A DNA stretch of 64,000 nucleotides from Paraspadella gotoi (taxonomy: Eukaryota > Animalia > Chaetognatha): NCBI GenBank assembly GCA_051294375.1, contig CM119265.1, positions 22,774,591 to 22,838,590 of the forward strand, written 5' to 3'. Shown here one piece after another: positions 1 through 12,900 of the stretch. The translations under genes were made by a program, and so were the position numbers. Within the stretch, counting starts at the first letter, position 1; every line of letters starts with the position of its first letter. Below the pieces are notes generated by a model. That model was not told where the DNA came from and searched no databases. It worked only from the letters and a program-made list of their open reading frames with translations.

Positions 1-96
1 GGGAAAAAGTTCAGGTGGAGTTATTACTTTTAGAAGCAGATTCGTGTTATAAATTAAGAGCACAGATAAAACGACTTTAAACTTTTTTCTCTACAG

Positions 97-429
97 ATCC
101 AAGCCCTCGAACGAGAAGTGACCGATTGTCCAATTTGCATTACTCCCCTGAGAGTCGATTTCGAATCCCCGCGTGACGAGGACGAAGACGAAGACGAAAG
201 GCAACAAATTGAACTGAATGACGTCGCCTTTGACGTCATGGACCCCGATACTCGATTCGGTGACGACTCGAAACGAGAACGAATTCGTTGGAGAACCAAA
301 ACAACTTGTCTTCTCTCTTGCTCTCACCTTTTTCATAAAAACTGTCTCGAATCTTTCGAAAGGTTTTCGGCGGACGTTCGGCCTGGCTGCCCAATCTGCC
401 GGTCGCCTTACGCGAAGAAGGTCCTGTAA
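97..429 (+). CDS. RNF32: RING finger protein 32, terminal exon (second RING domain)
   Basis: Acceptor ttttctctacAG at 95-96. Frame reads IQALEREVTDCPICITPL...TCLLSCSHLFHKNCLESFERF...CPICRSPYAKKVL*, matching the recalled RNF32 C-terminus (IQ.QALRRE..ECSIC...LLSCSHVFH..CL...CPLCRS.YQKKIL). Upstream exons lie outside the window. Confidence 0.85.
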   Translation: MQALEREVTDCPICITPLRVDFESPRDEDEDEDERQQIELNDVAFDVMDPDTRFGDDSKRERIRWRTKTTCLLSCSHLFHKNCLESFERFSADVRPGCPICRSPYAKKVL

Positions 430-2862
430 TACTATCTGCAGAAAGAAGTTATCTACTAAATACTATGGACTAAAGCGGATACGCGAACACCAGGGTTATT
501 GTCTTCGGAAAAATACCATTAATTAAAAGGAAGCTGCGCAATCTCCACGAAGGATTTAAAAATTTTGCTCAGATTTGAGTTTATCAGTGCGTTAAGATCT
601 GGTCTCGACCACAAGATCTGAATGCCTTCGACCCTCATACTTTCGCTTTGAGCCGAAGTTTTATTTTTTATTATCAAACCGAAGTTTTAAGTTTTATGTA
701 CAAATAATTAACTTCAAAACCTTAATTTAAAAGATGTAAAATTTAAAGCTTCAATCGAGGGGAAAAAGCCAGACGATGTGATCTGAAGTTTATTCGTCTT
801 TTTTCTCCCCTTTTTTCTCTCTCCGCCGTAAATGTGCCGCCTAAAAATAATCGATGTTCTTCCCTCCTACCGGCGCCAAAGCAAAGGCCGTTTCAAGGTT
901 CTCTCTCTTATCATCGTCATCATCATCATCATCATCATGAAAGCTCTCTCTTTCTTTCTCTCTCTCTCTCTCTCTCTCTCTCCAGAAGTTTCATGATCGG
1001 ATTGACTTGAAATTACGCCTTCAGAATTACCAAAAGAAAGAAAAACAGTTTTTTGTTTCTCTCGTTGCCAACTTTATTTTTCTTCGTTTGCGACAGAACT
1101 TTTTTTTCTTTCTCTCTCGTTCTTTTTTTTAAAGACTCCCTCTCATCTTATTTTCCTTGTTTGTTTACTAACTCACCAAACGAAAGTTGTATTTTGTCGC
1201 GGAGTTGTTTGCCCAAAGTTTTGCTTCCTTCGATCGACCTTTTATAAACTTTTCTTATTCAACTTCCGGAATGGGATAATTTGGAATGTATTATCTTTCG
1301 TTCCCATGTTGAATAGTTTGAACTTTATAAAGTAACATTCCGACTAGAAAAATAATTAAAAGTGACCTAGTGTTTTTTCTGAATTAAAAATTAAAACCTT
1401 GAATGAATCAATTCATTATATTTTTATTAATATTTGCAATTTCGTACCGAGTTTCCTCTGTTACTCGATAGAATTCTTCCTTTCATTTTTTCGCGCCTAC
1501 GCCCTTACATTAATCTCCACTTTCCAACGCATTCTTTCACAAGTCTCACCCGCCCGCTCACTTGGTTTTTTGTGTTCAGGTTTTCTCTTTTCCTTTTGAA
1601 TTCCTATCTTTTTTTTATTTGCCTTTTTTTTTGAAACTTTTCCAAAAAGAGGAAAACTGAGACTTAGTACGGCTGAAGTAGGTAAAAAGTTTTTAACTTG
1701 AATTGAGAGAGGGAGAGCACGCATCACTGATTTTTTACAACGAAGTTAGTTTTCATTGACTATTTTTCTCTCCACAGTTAAAAAAAAATATTTGAAAAAT
1801 CTGAAAAATCTTTTTTCTTTTCATGATAATAATGTCGTATATTTGCATAGAGCTTTTATTGGCGTAAAAATGGTATTTTTTCGATATCCGTCCAATGATT
1901 GTCGTTGTGACTTTTTACAACACATCATTTTTTATTGCATTACTTTATAGCAACGTAATTTTTATTTCTTATACAGGCAAATGAAAGTTAAACCAAATGT
2001 TTACTATCGCAAACTAAAAATCGCTTCAACTCTTAACAATCCTAACAACTTCCAACTCTAACCAAAGACACAAAGACAGACGATGTCACGATCTCTCCCG
2101 ACGTCAACTTTTCAACTTCTTTTATATAAAACAAAATTATCGCAACCAATTTCTCTAGTCACTCGTATATAAACGGCGCACCTAGTCTCGTAGCCTTAGC
2201 TTCTGCATCTACAACTATTGCCTTCCTATTTTACTTCTTCCGTCCATCTGAACCGGTGAATACTTTCGAACGTTAAAGCTTACAATAATGAGGTTTAATT
2301 TTGCTTGGACTCGAAGTGCGACTTAAGAACTGGAAACCGAAAGTGTAAACTTTTTCACGATTACGATAATTATCTCGCATCGCTTTTAAAAAAAAATTAT
2401 TGCCGGACTTTTCCGTATCTCCCACAATAAGCAACTTATCTACACTTTACAAACATCTAATTATATTTTACACGGACTTCTCTCCATTCCAAACTTTTTA
2501 AATAGATCTGTTTTCATTTTTTTTATTTGCATCGTTTTTAAAAACGGTGGACACTGGACAGCGACCTCCTGGCGCTTAACACTTCATTTGTACGAATTCC
2601 GTCCTCTCTTCCTCCTCAACGCAATACGTCGCTGTCCTATCTCGCTTAGCACACTCGAGGTCTTTTCTCTCGCTCAATCTCACGCCCCCTCCCGCGTTTG
2701 CCGATCATCAGATTCCTACCACCCCCTCGCCCCTAAAAAAAACTTCTCCTTTATTGGCTCGTCATCTCCGACGAATAACCTCGCTCCAACTGTCGCCATG
2801 CGCCGGCGCATCTTCATTTCTTCTCTTCGAACTTTCGCTATCGCGAAATCTCGTGATCGATA

Positions 2863-5800
2863 ATGACGTCCGTGTCTCCTTTCGTCCCGATGGCGTCGTC
2901 GCCGCCGCCGCCGACGACGTTCAACGCCGGAGCCCCGGCGGCGCCGCTGGCTTCCCCTCGCCGCGTCTCGGACGGCGCCAGCGGCGAAGACGACATCGAA
3001 GAGATGGAACCCGAACTTGTCCAACTCATGGAAGCCAACGACGACGACGACGTGGACGTCGAAGATCGAAATCAGGATCCTTATGCTCTTCTGGCGCAGA
3101 AAGACAGGTTGGAACTTGAAACTTTCGTGTTTAAATTTTTGTTTTGATGTTCTAAAAATTTTGGTCGAAATCCTGGATAACTGAGACTTGTACGAACACT
3201 TGCCGTGTGCTCGTGTAGCCGCCTCTGCTTCTCCGCCGTCGCGCCGCTACGGAGGACCGTCGTCCTCCACGTCCCCCGCTGACGCCTCCGAAAGAGGGCG
3301 TGGTCGCGTCTGGCGCCGTTGCGCGTGCGCCGGAAACGTCGGCTCGCCGGGATGGGTAATCGGCGAGGTTGTCGTCACCAAGCGTGGTCGAAGGGTGGGG
3401 ACCACAAGTCCGTCCACGAGTCTATGACGGGTGAAAGTCTGACCACGAACGCGTCCACAAGTCTCGAAATGTGGTCTCGCAGTGGGCTCTATGGCCACAA
3501 TGACTCTGTCTGTGAACGGTATCAAAGGGTGACTTGACGTGACGTGAAGGTCTAAAAGCCTCGTAAAAGGCAGTTTGGTGACGGGCGGAAAAGTCCTAAG
3601 TGTCTAAGGCCTAGAATATCTGGTAAGAAAAGGAAAGAGGAGTGTAATCTCCTAAAGAAGAGGAAAAAGACATCTATCGGCAGAAACGGTAAATAACAAA
3701 AGGCAAACAAATAAATGGGGGAAAAAGGGGGACATATCTCTACAAGACTTACAAAAGGTTTTTTTTTCATTTAGAGACCTGATCCTGGCGGCCGAGTTAG
3801 GTAAGGCGCTGCTGGAGGAAAACAAGGAGCTGCAGCGACGCCACGAGGAAGCGTTGCTGGAGGCCAACGCCCGAGTCGAGGCTCTCGAACAAGAAAAGTA
3901 CAACATGCAACAAAGCTTTGCGCTAAGGGCCAGGTTAGGATGAACGATGATTACCAAAATAATTAAAATTTGTTACTAGTTAACTATTATAAAGTTAATA
4001 TAAGATTTTATAATTTACCTCTTTTCTCTCAATTCATAGCGAATTCGAATCCGTGATCGCCGAATTGCGCAGCGACAACCAAGAGATGCAGAAACAAATC
4101 CGATCTCAGAGCGAGGCTCATCAGACCAACGACAAGCAAAGACAGTCTGCAGTCGGAGAGCTCGCTGAGCAAGTAAGAAAGACCAAAAAAGAAAATAGGA
4201 AGAGAAAAAGTAAAGGATTGAGAGCAAAAAGAAAGGAAATTAAAAAAGAATAAGGAATAGTTAGAGATAGGAAGTGGTTGTGAAGAGGTTGTGAAGAGTG
4301 GTGTTTGTTTGGTTAAATGTTGGATCGTTGATCTCGCGCAAGGCAACCATGAATAAAAGAAGAGGGAGCGGTCGAAAAGACTCTTGAACGAAGAAGCTGA
4401 TTGGATGCGTCGAAAAAGTTTTGACTGAATTTGAAAACGACGTAGTTGTGGATCGAAAGCGATTACCTGACCGATCTTTTTTTTTCACCCGAAACTGCAA
4501 AAATTCAATTAAATCCTGTCGATTCTATTAATATTATCATAATTGTAGGAGAAAAAACTTTGAAATGACCTCGCCTAACGAATCTCCCTCACCCTCGCAG
4601 AACCAAAGGTTGACGCAACAGCTGCGAGAAGCGGCGGCCGCGGAGGAGAGTCTCGTCGCGCAAGTCGAAAGCCTACGGGAGCAGTCGAAAGCCTCCAAGT
4701 CCTCTTCGCACGAGAACCAACTTCAGATGGAGTCGCTCAAACAAGAGGTATATTTTTTCTTTTAGTCGAAGCGCGAGTTTGGCGAGGATTTAATTATCTA
4801 ACCGACTCTGTCTCTCGAATTTGATCCTCTAGGTTCACTTGTTGAGCGACCGAAAACATGAGTTGGACAAAAGACTCCGCAACGTCTCGGACGAGAGAGA
4901 CGCGACGCTGGCGTCGCTCGAGGAAGCTAACGACAGAATCATGGTGAGTAGACGTAGAAAACGATCTCAATGCGCTTTCGTTGTCATTTGTCATTTGTAA
5001 TATTATATTAATTCTTAATTGTAATAAACGTAATTAACTCATGTCGTTGCGTCCTTCCCCAGGTCCTGGAGCGACAGCTGAACGAGCAAGACCAGCAGAC
5101 GGAGTTGCAGCTGGAGGAGCTTCAGGAGCTGCGGAGCACCAACTCGAATCTGGAGGAGAAGATCGAGCGAATGTCGATCCGAATCTCATCGCCGAATCCC
5201 AACGGGCAAAACGTTTCACTCTTCTCCGAACTGGAGATGTCCTCAGGTGACTTTCGGTGGAAGAAAACTTACATTTTTTGTTGGATAAAGGGCAAACTTA
5301 TCAACAGTAAAATGCTTCGTCAGTATACAAATACGTATGCGAGAGCGCTTTGACATTTTTTCTATCTATTTTATTCTTTGATTCATTATGTTGATTTTAC
5401 TCTTGCCACAACCAGCCTCCGACTGCGGCGAATCCAGCCTCTTTAGCCAAACTCAGCCCAAAGGCCTCAAAACCCCTTGCCACTCCCCCTTCCGCCGGAG
5501 CCCCGCCCACCGGCCCAAACCCAACCCGCGAAACTTCACTTCCCTCCGCGTTCAACTCGCCGACGAGGAGTACGAGTGCGACGACGAGGACGACGACGCC
5601 GCGGCAACGTCGACGGATGACGACGACGATTCCTCGCTGGGCGGGCGCCGCAAGTCCAAATCGGCGTCGGCGGCGTCCGCTGAAACGGCGCGCCTCCGCG
5701 CCAAGCTGACGGCGACGGAGGAACGGCTCCGGGAGGCGCTCAAGGCCGGCGAGGACGAGGACGGAGGCGTCGCCAGGAAGGAGGAGATGCTCCGCGCCGC

Positions 5801-6283
5801 GTGGGAGGAACGCGACGAGGCCATCGAAAGGCAGCAGCAACTCGAAGTGCAACTCACTCAGGTTGGGGGGGGGATTTAATTTAAACGTCGGAAAGAATTG
5901 GTTATTGGTTTATTGTTCGGTTGTTCTATTTTTTTCTCTTTTTTTTTAATCGAACACTTTTTTTTTATTTTTTCCCATTTTTTTTCGGTTTTCCTAAATT
6001 TTTTTTCTTTATGAAATTGGTACAGGCGAAAACGGATCTCATGAACCTCGACGCGCAACTCATCGAAGCGATCCAGCAGAAAATCGAACTGAGTCAGCAG
6101 CTGGAGCGATGGGAGATCGACCTGGAGACTCTGATCGAGTTTCAGGTCAAGAAGAAGATGGAGACGGTCGTCCGCGACGAGGAGGAAGAGGGGATGAGGA
6201 TTGAGGGGGAGCGAGAGGAGAAAGAAAAGTCGAAGAGCTTGAGATCGAGAGTCGCCAGGAAACTCTTCAAATCCGCCCAATGA
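2863..6283 (+). CDS. BICDL1: BICD family-like cargo adapter (BICDR1/CCDC64-like), 8 exons, ~560 aa
   Basis: Phase-consistent GT-AG exons 2863-3107, 3775-3933, 4040-4172, 4601-4747, 4833-4943, 5063-5246, 5416-5861, 6026-6283. CC1-box KDRDLILAAELGKALLEEN and C-terminal RDEAI...KTDLMNLDAQLIEAIQQKIELSQQLERWE are typical of BICDR proteins. Confidence 0.9.
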
Positions 6284-7559
6284 AACGGAGAGAGAGAGAG
6301 GAGAGTGAAAGAAAGGCTGGACGGACATTGTCTCTCTTCGTCGATCGAAAAAACACAAGAATCCTCGGGGAGCCAACTCTCTCTCTCTCTCTCTCTTTAA
6401 TTTCTCTGAAGAACTTCGTCGATGCCTTTCCCACCCTCCACCCCCACGTTCCCTCATAATTTCCCACTAGGATGTTTTTCCGCTTAATTCTCAAATTCTA
6501 CAGTTTGACGTACGAAATGATGTGGAATAAAGTGCCCATTGACCGTTACTTAAATTTCTATCTCGTACACGTTGCTAAGTGATCTGTCACCCCTTGCCTT
6601 AGTTATATTTTTTTGATGTTTGACGACGTAACGGTGAAGAAAATTATGATCAAGTCATTTTCTTGGCGTACGACCGTACCGCAAATCACCTGCACTTACA
6701 TTAAGAATTCTATCAATTTGTTTTGATAGATATTTTATTTATTGGTTGTTATATTTCTCTCCAATTTCAAGTTAATAAAATTTTTTTGCATTGAGTGTTT
6801 TTATAAGCGATATAAATATAGCCAATTTAATATTTAATTTTCAACAAACTGGCTATTTTTCAACTAGTTGAACATTTTTTTAGCATTTGAAGCTTGAAAA
6901 AAATCTTCAGAAATTTTCAAATTTCACTGCTTATACAAGTTTTACTTTTGTTTCACATTTCGCCTTTATTTAAAATAATAAAAATTCAAATTTTATAATG
7001 ATTTTATGTCCTTTTTGAGGAAAAATGTTTGTAGTCACTGATCAGTTTTTAGAAATATAAGTTTTAATTTAGGCGCCAGACGATCACAGAACTCATTAGT
7101 TAGATTAAGAGCTGTCTAATTGATCTAAAATACAGTTGATCTAAAATACGGTTTCAGATTAAAAGGAAAAATGGATTAAAAGGAAAACGCATAAATGGTC
7201 TAGAAGTGTGATATAATCATAACTGCAAAATTGCGAAAAGATACGCTCTGAAAGAAAAGTCTTGATCTCGAAATTCTTTAATTCTGAATGGAATTATGAT
7301 TCTTATCGAAACCCCCCCCACATGGCTAATGTAGGGGGGGGGGTTCGAATAGAGAATTTACACGCAATAGGAATGTTGATAAAAATGACCCGTAACATAA
7401 TGCTGAGAGTGTAAGGAGGAATGATTTTGCTCCCTTAATTACTGACTTAATTACTACTCGATGAATCCCTTTCCTCTTTTTCGCTGCCGTCGCAATTCTG
7501 GATTTCTCGACTGAACGAAATTTCTGTCTGCCAACGCCACGGTTCAGTAATTGGATTCC

Positions 7560-7960
7560 GAGTGGGGAAAGGGCGAGGGGGGCGAGTGATTTATCGGACT
7601 CAATTATCGGGCGCAACCCGATTTCCTTTCTCCACGATCACCACTCGCGCGCGATTCGTGACCCTCGCCCACTTATTTCGCTTCCGTCAATACGCCATCC
7701 TCCCTTTTGATTGGTCGAGACCCGCTCGTCGCTACTCTCTCATTGGTTCCTTACTCTGACGATCGCGAAAAGGGAAAGTGCGGACGCGTTCGATATTTGT
7801 TTTCGGGATTCCCCGTCCAATGGCGAGCGCTTCGTCGACAGTTTATTTGTCCCCGACCTCGCGACGCGCTTTCATCCGAATCTAGATTCTGATTAGACGA
7901 AGCCATGGAGAAGCTATCGTTTGATTGGTCGAGACAGTTGCATGACGTCATCTAATGTCG
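7560..7960. promoter_or_regulatory. CpG-rich promoter-like island with reverse CCAAT boxes and a CRE
   Basis: ATTGG at ~7709, 7742 and 7924 (two as GATTGGTCGAGAC); TGACGTCA at ~7943; no convincing ORF. Confidence 0.4.
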
Positions 7961-8911
7961 TAGGCGCCGTGGCACGTTCCCACTTTCTCGTTATTCTTGC
8001 ACATAGCTCCACCGCCATTTTATAGAAGAAATAATTTACGTTTTTCTTTTTCTTCTATCTTTAGTTTCTTTTGTTGTTCATTATTGTTTATTTTGATTTT
8101 GTTTCTTATAGAGAAGCTATTGGAAAAGCCAAGTTTTCTTAAAGCATGAAACGAGGTCTTTTGTTTTTTTTTTCACTTATGAACTCGTTTTCTTTATTTC
8201 TTTTCATGTTAATTTGAAAAAAAAATCATTATTTTTTTTTTTTTTGGCGGTGGAGCATAAATATTGAGCCGCTTACCTTCTTGCCGCTCAAAATTATATA
8301 TTTTTTTCGAAGTCCTCACTCAAGGCGGAAAAAGCGACTATCATTAGAGGTAAGTTAAACATTTGATATGGGAAATCGAATTAACCTCACTCCAAATAAC
8401 CAATAACATTTTCCTTTTCAGAAAAATTTGGTCAAAATCAATTAAAAAAAAATAAAATTCAAGCACTTTTTTCTCCTTTATTCTTCCACTCTATAAATCC
8501 GTTCACAAAAACAAATCCGTCAAAAAAAAAAAACAAAAAAACTTCCGCTTTACATTCCAAATCTAAAACCAGTGAGTCGCTCCGACAGACTTCAATCCCG
8601 ACATCGTCTTATTTCCTCATATTTTCTCAACTTCGTCGCTTTTTACCCTCATGTAAATTATACGCATCCCATGGAAAGGACTGCCTCTAACGGAAATCAA
8701 AAGAAACGTTAAATAACAAACAAAAAACTAACACAGTTCCTCATTGGTTTAAATTCTGGACCTGGAGGCGACGACTTGTAATTCAACGCTTTTTCAGATG
8801 AGGCGAGTTTATTACTACGTTTCTTTTTAATTTCTCTTTAATATTTTGTTAATTTGTCTTTCTTCCCGTACTTCTTTCTTTGTTTCTTTAATTTATGTTT
8901 TACGATCTCTA

Positions 8912-8990
8912 TTTCTTTCTTTCTTTCGTTCTTTCTTTCTTTCTTTCTTTCTTTCTTTTTTTTTCTTCTTTCTTTCTTTTCTTTCTTTCT

Positions 8991-9054
<64 letters not shown>

Positions 9055-9302
9055 ATATTCTTTCTTTCTTTCTTTCTTTCTTTCTATATTCTTTCTTTCT
9101 ATATTCTTCTTCTTTCTTTCTTTCTTTTCTTTTCTTTCTTTCTTTCTTTTCTATATTCTTTCTTTCTTTCTTTCTATATTCTTTCTTTCTATATTTTTTT
9201 TTCTTTCTTTCTTTCTTTCTTTATATATTCTTTCTTTTTTTCTATATTCTTTCTTTATTTCTAATTCTTTCTTTATTTCTAATTCTTTCTTTATTTCTAT
9301 TT

Positions 9303-9370
<68 letters not shown>
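8912..9370. repeat. (CTTT)n microsatellite / pyrimidine tract
   Basis: About 450 bp of TTTC units with TATATTC variants. Confidence 0.95.
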
Positions 9371-9371
<1 letters not shown>

Positions 9372-9729
9372 ACTTGTTTTGAACTCAATTGCGCCGTTTC
9401 ATTCTTTGTGTGTTACTCTTTCTTTGTTTCCTCATCACAAAGCCTCTTTTTCTTTCTCCCCCTCCTCGACCTCTACCCCTTTCCCCATTCTAGGTCGCGC
9501 CAATCCGGTCCCTGTCCCGAGCAGCAGTTCTACTCCTCTCTTCTCTCATTTCTTCATCCGCATTAACACAGGCCTAGTTTTCTCCAAGATACTCTCCGAT
9601 TGTTACCATGACAACTGGCACAGTTGGCGACCGGCTTCGACCGAGGAACGGCGCCTCGACCCCCAAAGTAGAAAGAAAAAATTTAAGAAGAAAAAAACAA
9701 AAAACAAAAAAACAAACTTAGTGACAAAG

Positions 9730-9990
9730 AGGCCCGACCAATCAACGCCTCCCGTTTTCGTCCAATCACCGGGCGCGCGAGAGGAAATCGCTGACCAATC
9801 GGCTCTCTGTCTCTCTTTCGGTCCGGCGCCGCCCCTCGCGTGACGCATTGCGGCCCATCGTCGAACGGCGATCGCGGATCGTCTCGCGTGTTCGTCGCGC
9901 GATCGCCCGTTGACGCGTGAGAGCGAATAAGCAGTGTGCGTGAGCGGCAGGTTGGCTTCTTGGAGTGATATCACCGGCGAAGAGGGTAAA
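9730..9990 (+). promoter_or_regulatory. Promoter-like region with three CCAAT boxes followed by a candidate first-exon donor
   Basis: CCAATC at ~9738, 9762 and 9795; GC-rich; candidate donors cag/GTTGGC (~9951) and agg/GTAAAT (~9986). Confidence 0.4.
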
Positions 9991-12900
9991 TCTGCATAGA
10001 AACTTTTCTCTCTCTCTCTCTATCTCTACCCGACATTTTTTTTTGCTACAAAAAAAAACGAAACAAAACCCAAACAAAAAAAAACTACGATCGTAGACGC
10101 TATTAACGCGTAGCTTTCTTCTAGCCGATTAGCAAAAATAGCCAAATAGCCCTAGCTCTGCCTTCTTTTTCTTCTTAATCATTCTGCCGAATGCAAACAT
10201 CAATTTTCATTACTTAGAAAAAAAACCAAAAGAACTCAGTAGATGTTTGAAAAACAAAACGTAGAAATTCGAATTCTTGTGTTAACCATATTGAGCCATT
10301 CTTTCAACTAAGTAGCGTCCCTCATAGGGACACCAGTGCATGCAAAGGGTGCCAAGGTATAAACCATATCTTTTAAGGAAATATACGATCCAATCAGTAA
10401 TGAAAAAAAAATATAGATTTCAGAACAAAAATGGAATGATTAAAAAACTCCATCTTTTCTCGTCGAATCGAAATCAAAATCTCTCGATCTCGACAAAAAT
10501 TAAACAAATGAACAAACGACTTTAAATTTTTAAAAAATATCTGAGGAACAATAGAGGCTTCGTGCTTGCCCTTTTATTAGAGCTAGCGTCGATTAACCCG
10601 TCGTAAGAGCTGCATGCACAACTAAGCTTCTTTATTTTTTTTTCTCAAATAAACTTTCATTATCCTTTTTCGTCTCTCTGCAAGATGATAATAAATAACC
10701 AAAACGAAATTAAAAAGTTTTTTACTCCTGTCTCTTTAATGTCGATTTCGTCTTTTTATGGATGTCACAGAAAATCTTTCCGTCTTTCTCTCACTTTTTA
10801 ATTAACCTCCTTTTCTATGTGTATGTCAAGCTCAGTGGTCTTTCAACTTTTTTTTTTGATTCTCCGGAAAACAAAACTACCTTATGCTTAAAAGAATAAA
10901 AACCAAATTTTAAAATTAATCCAAAAACGTTAAATTCCCCCCCCCCCAAAAAAAAGAAATTACTTCCTCGCTCTGAATATTACAAGATACCTTCTTTGGA
11001 AAGTTTTCTCCCCATCTTCACCAAGTCGTATTTGCCTTTCCCTTCCCCCTCTATCGTTTTTTTCTCCCCTTTTCTCGACCTGACTTTGTGTAATGCAACT
11101 ACGCAACAACTTCGCATTAGAGAAAAAAGTTAAGTAAAAAAAAAAAGTAAATCTGCAATCAAAAGAGTCGACAAACGGCAGAGACTCGACAGTTCATTCC
11201 CATCAACGTTTTTTCACGACCGAATCCGACCGAAGCGACATCTTTCGAGGAAATGAAAAAAATTCCATCGGGAAAAACAAAAGTCGCTAACAAAATGAAA
11301 AAAAAAAAAAAGAGAATTCCCCTGAGAAAAAAAAATGACCATCAATTCGCGACGATTTTATTTTCCTCGAGATGATGAAATAATAAAGAGAAGAAAAAAT
11401 CGAAATTAGTTACTTGCATCAAAGTTGCTCTCTTTCTCCAGCGTCATTCTTCCATCAATCGACGCACTTCGCCCTATTACATCCGGGCTTCGCCTACGTC
11501 GGTCTCGGCGTCATCGGGGTCGCTCGGTTCGATCATCCGCGACCCGTTGACGACGCGTTAGAATGCTGTTGGGTGTGTGCTTCGTCAAGCTCTGGTCATT
11601 TGCAGGTATTCACTCTACTTGTTTCGCTCTTTAATTTTTATATTTTATTGAGAGGTTCAAATTTAGAATTTTCATTCACCTAACTTTTCTTCCCGACAGA
11701 CTCTCACCGAACAAGCCTCTGCAAAAAAGCATATGGTGCGACCAACAGCATTTAATTACTAAGGAAAATGTACCATCAGCTGGGAAGATGCAAACATCAT
11801 CTGCCAAGCATCTTCTCTCACGACGCGCCTCAGAAAACAAATGGGAATGGGTTTGTTATCAATTGAGTCTTCCTAAGGATAATTTCGATCCTGTTTTCCA
11901 ACTATCCGGCTCGAAATAACAATAACAACGAAAGAGATGCGCACGAGCTTATCGAGAAATGGATGACGACGTCGAGCGACCGACCGACCGACCGGAGTCG
12001 ATGACGTCGTCCCGCCATGCTTCCATGTGGCTCCCTCCTCATCAGTACTAGAGTCTCCCGTCATCACCAACAAAGCTGTCGTCGTATTTGAGCCTCGTTG
12101 CACGAGACGATGGCCGAGGACGCGGCGGAGTCCCCAGCCCGCGGCCGGGTCCCCCGAAACATCATGTTTTTCGAACAAAAGGGAATCTAAAAAGGCCCGG
12201 TGGCGACATTCGCTCGCGTCATGCCATCTAGTGTTCGGTCGTTCTTACAAGTTACAAAAGATTATTTTTTTTCAAATAGTTTCTCCGTCGAAGAAAAAAT
12301 TAGTCTCGTTTCGGATTTTCTTTGTTTTAATTATTCTATTTAAAAAAAAAAAAAAAAAAAGGGAAATAAAAGTAGATATCGGTCGCGTATTTCATTCCCG
12401 TCGATCGGCCGAGTTTCGTTTTCGTTTTTTTTTTAATAAAGAAAACTTTTTCGGTGCCAGGAAAAAAACGAAATCAAGGATGTCATGGAAAGACAACAAA
12501 CTAAGATAGACGTGGAGAGAGAAAGCGGCGTCGCGGTTCGGGAGAGGCTCGCGGCGACTCGAAAACGATTTCTTGTCGTCGCTGAGGTTTTTTCCGAACT
12601 CCGCCCTTTCTTTTCTCTCTTTTTTTTTTTTTTTTTTTTTTTTTGATTAAGTTGGAAATTAAACGAGAACAAAAATTCATTTTATTCCTATTAAAAAAAA
12701 AAAATTATCTCATCTCATTACTGACATTTAAAAGTCGCTACTACTCTAAACAAAACAAATTTTTAAAAATCAGTATGCATTACCTAGTCTCGTCCGTTTG
12801 TATCGAATCATCTTCCACTTTGCACCTTATTCTATTTTTCACTTTTGAGATAAACTAACTTCAATTTTTGATTGATACCTTTTCCCGCCTCTGCAATTTT

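Noticed and set aside
8846-9566. Long F/L/S-rich ORFs
   Set aside because: Translations of the (CTTT)n microsatellite.
11540-11605. ECCWVCASSSSGH resembling the start of a nuclear-receptor zinc finger
   Set aside because: No following CEGCKxFF exon; the next exon closes in that frame.
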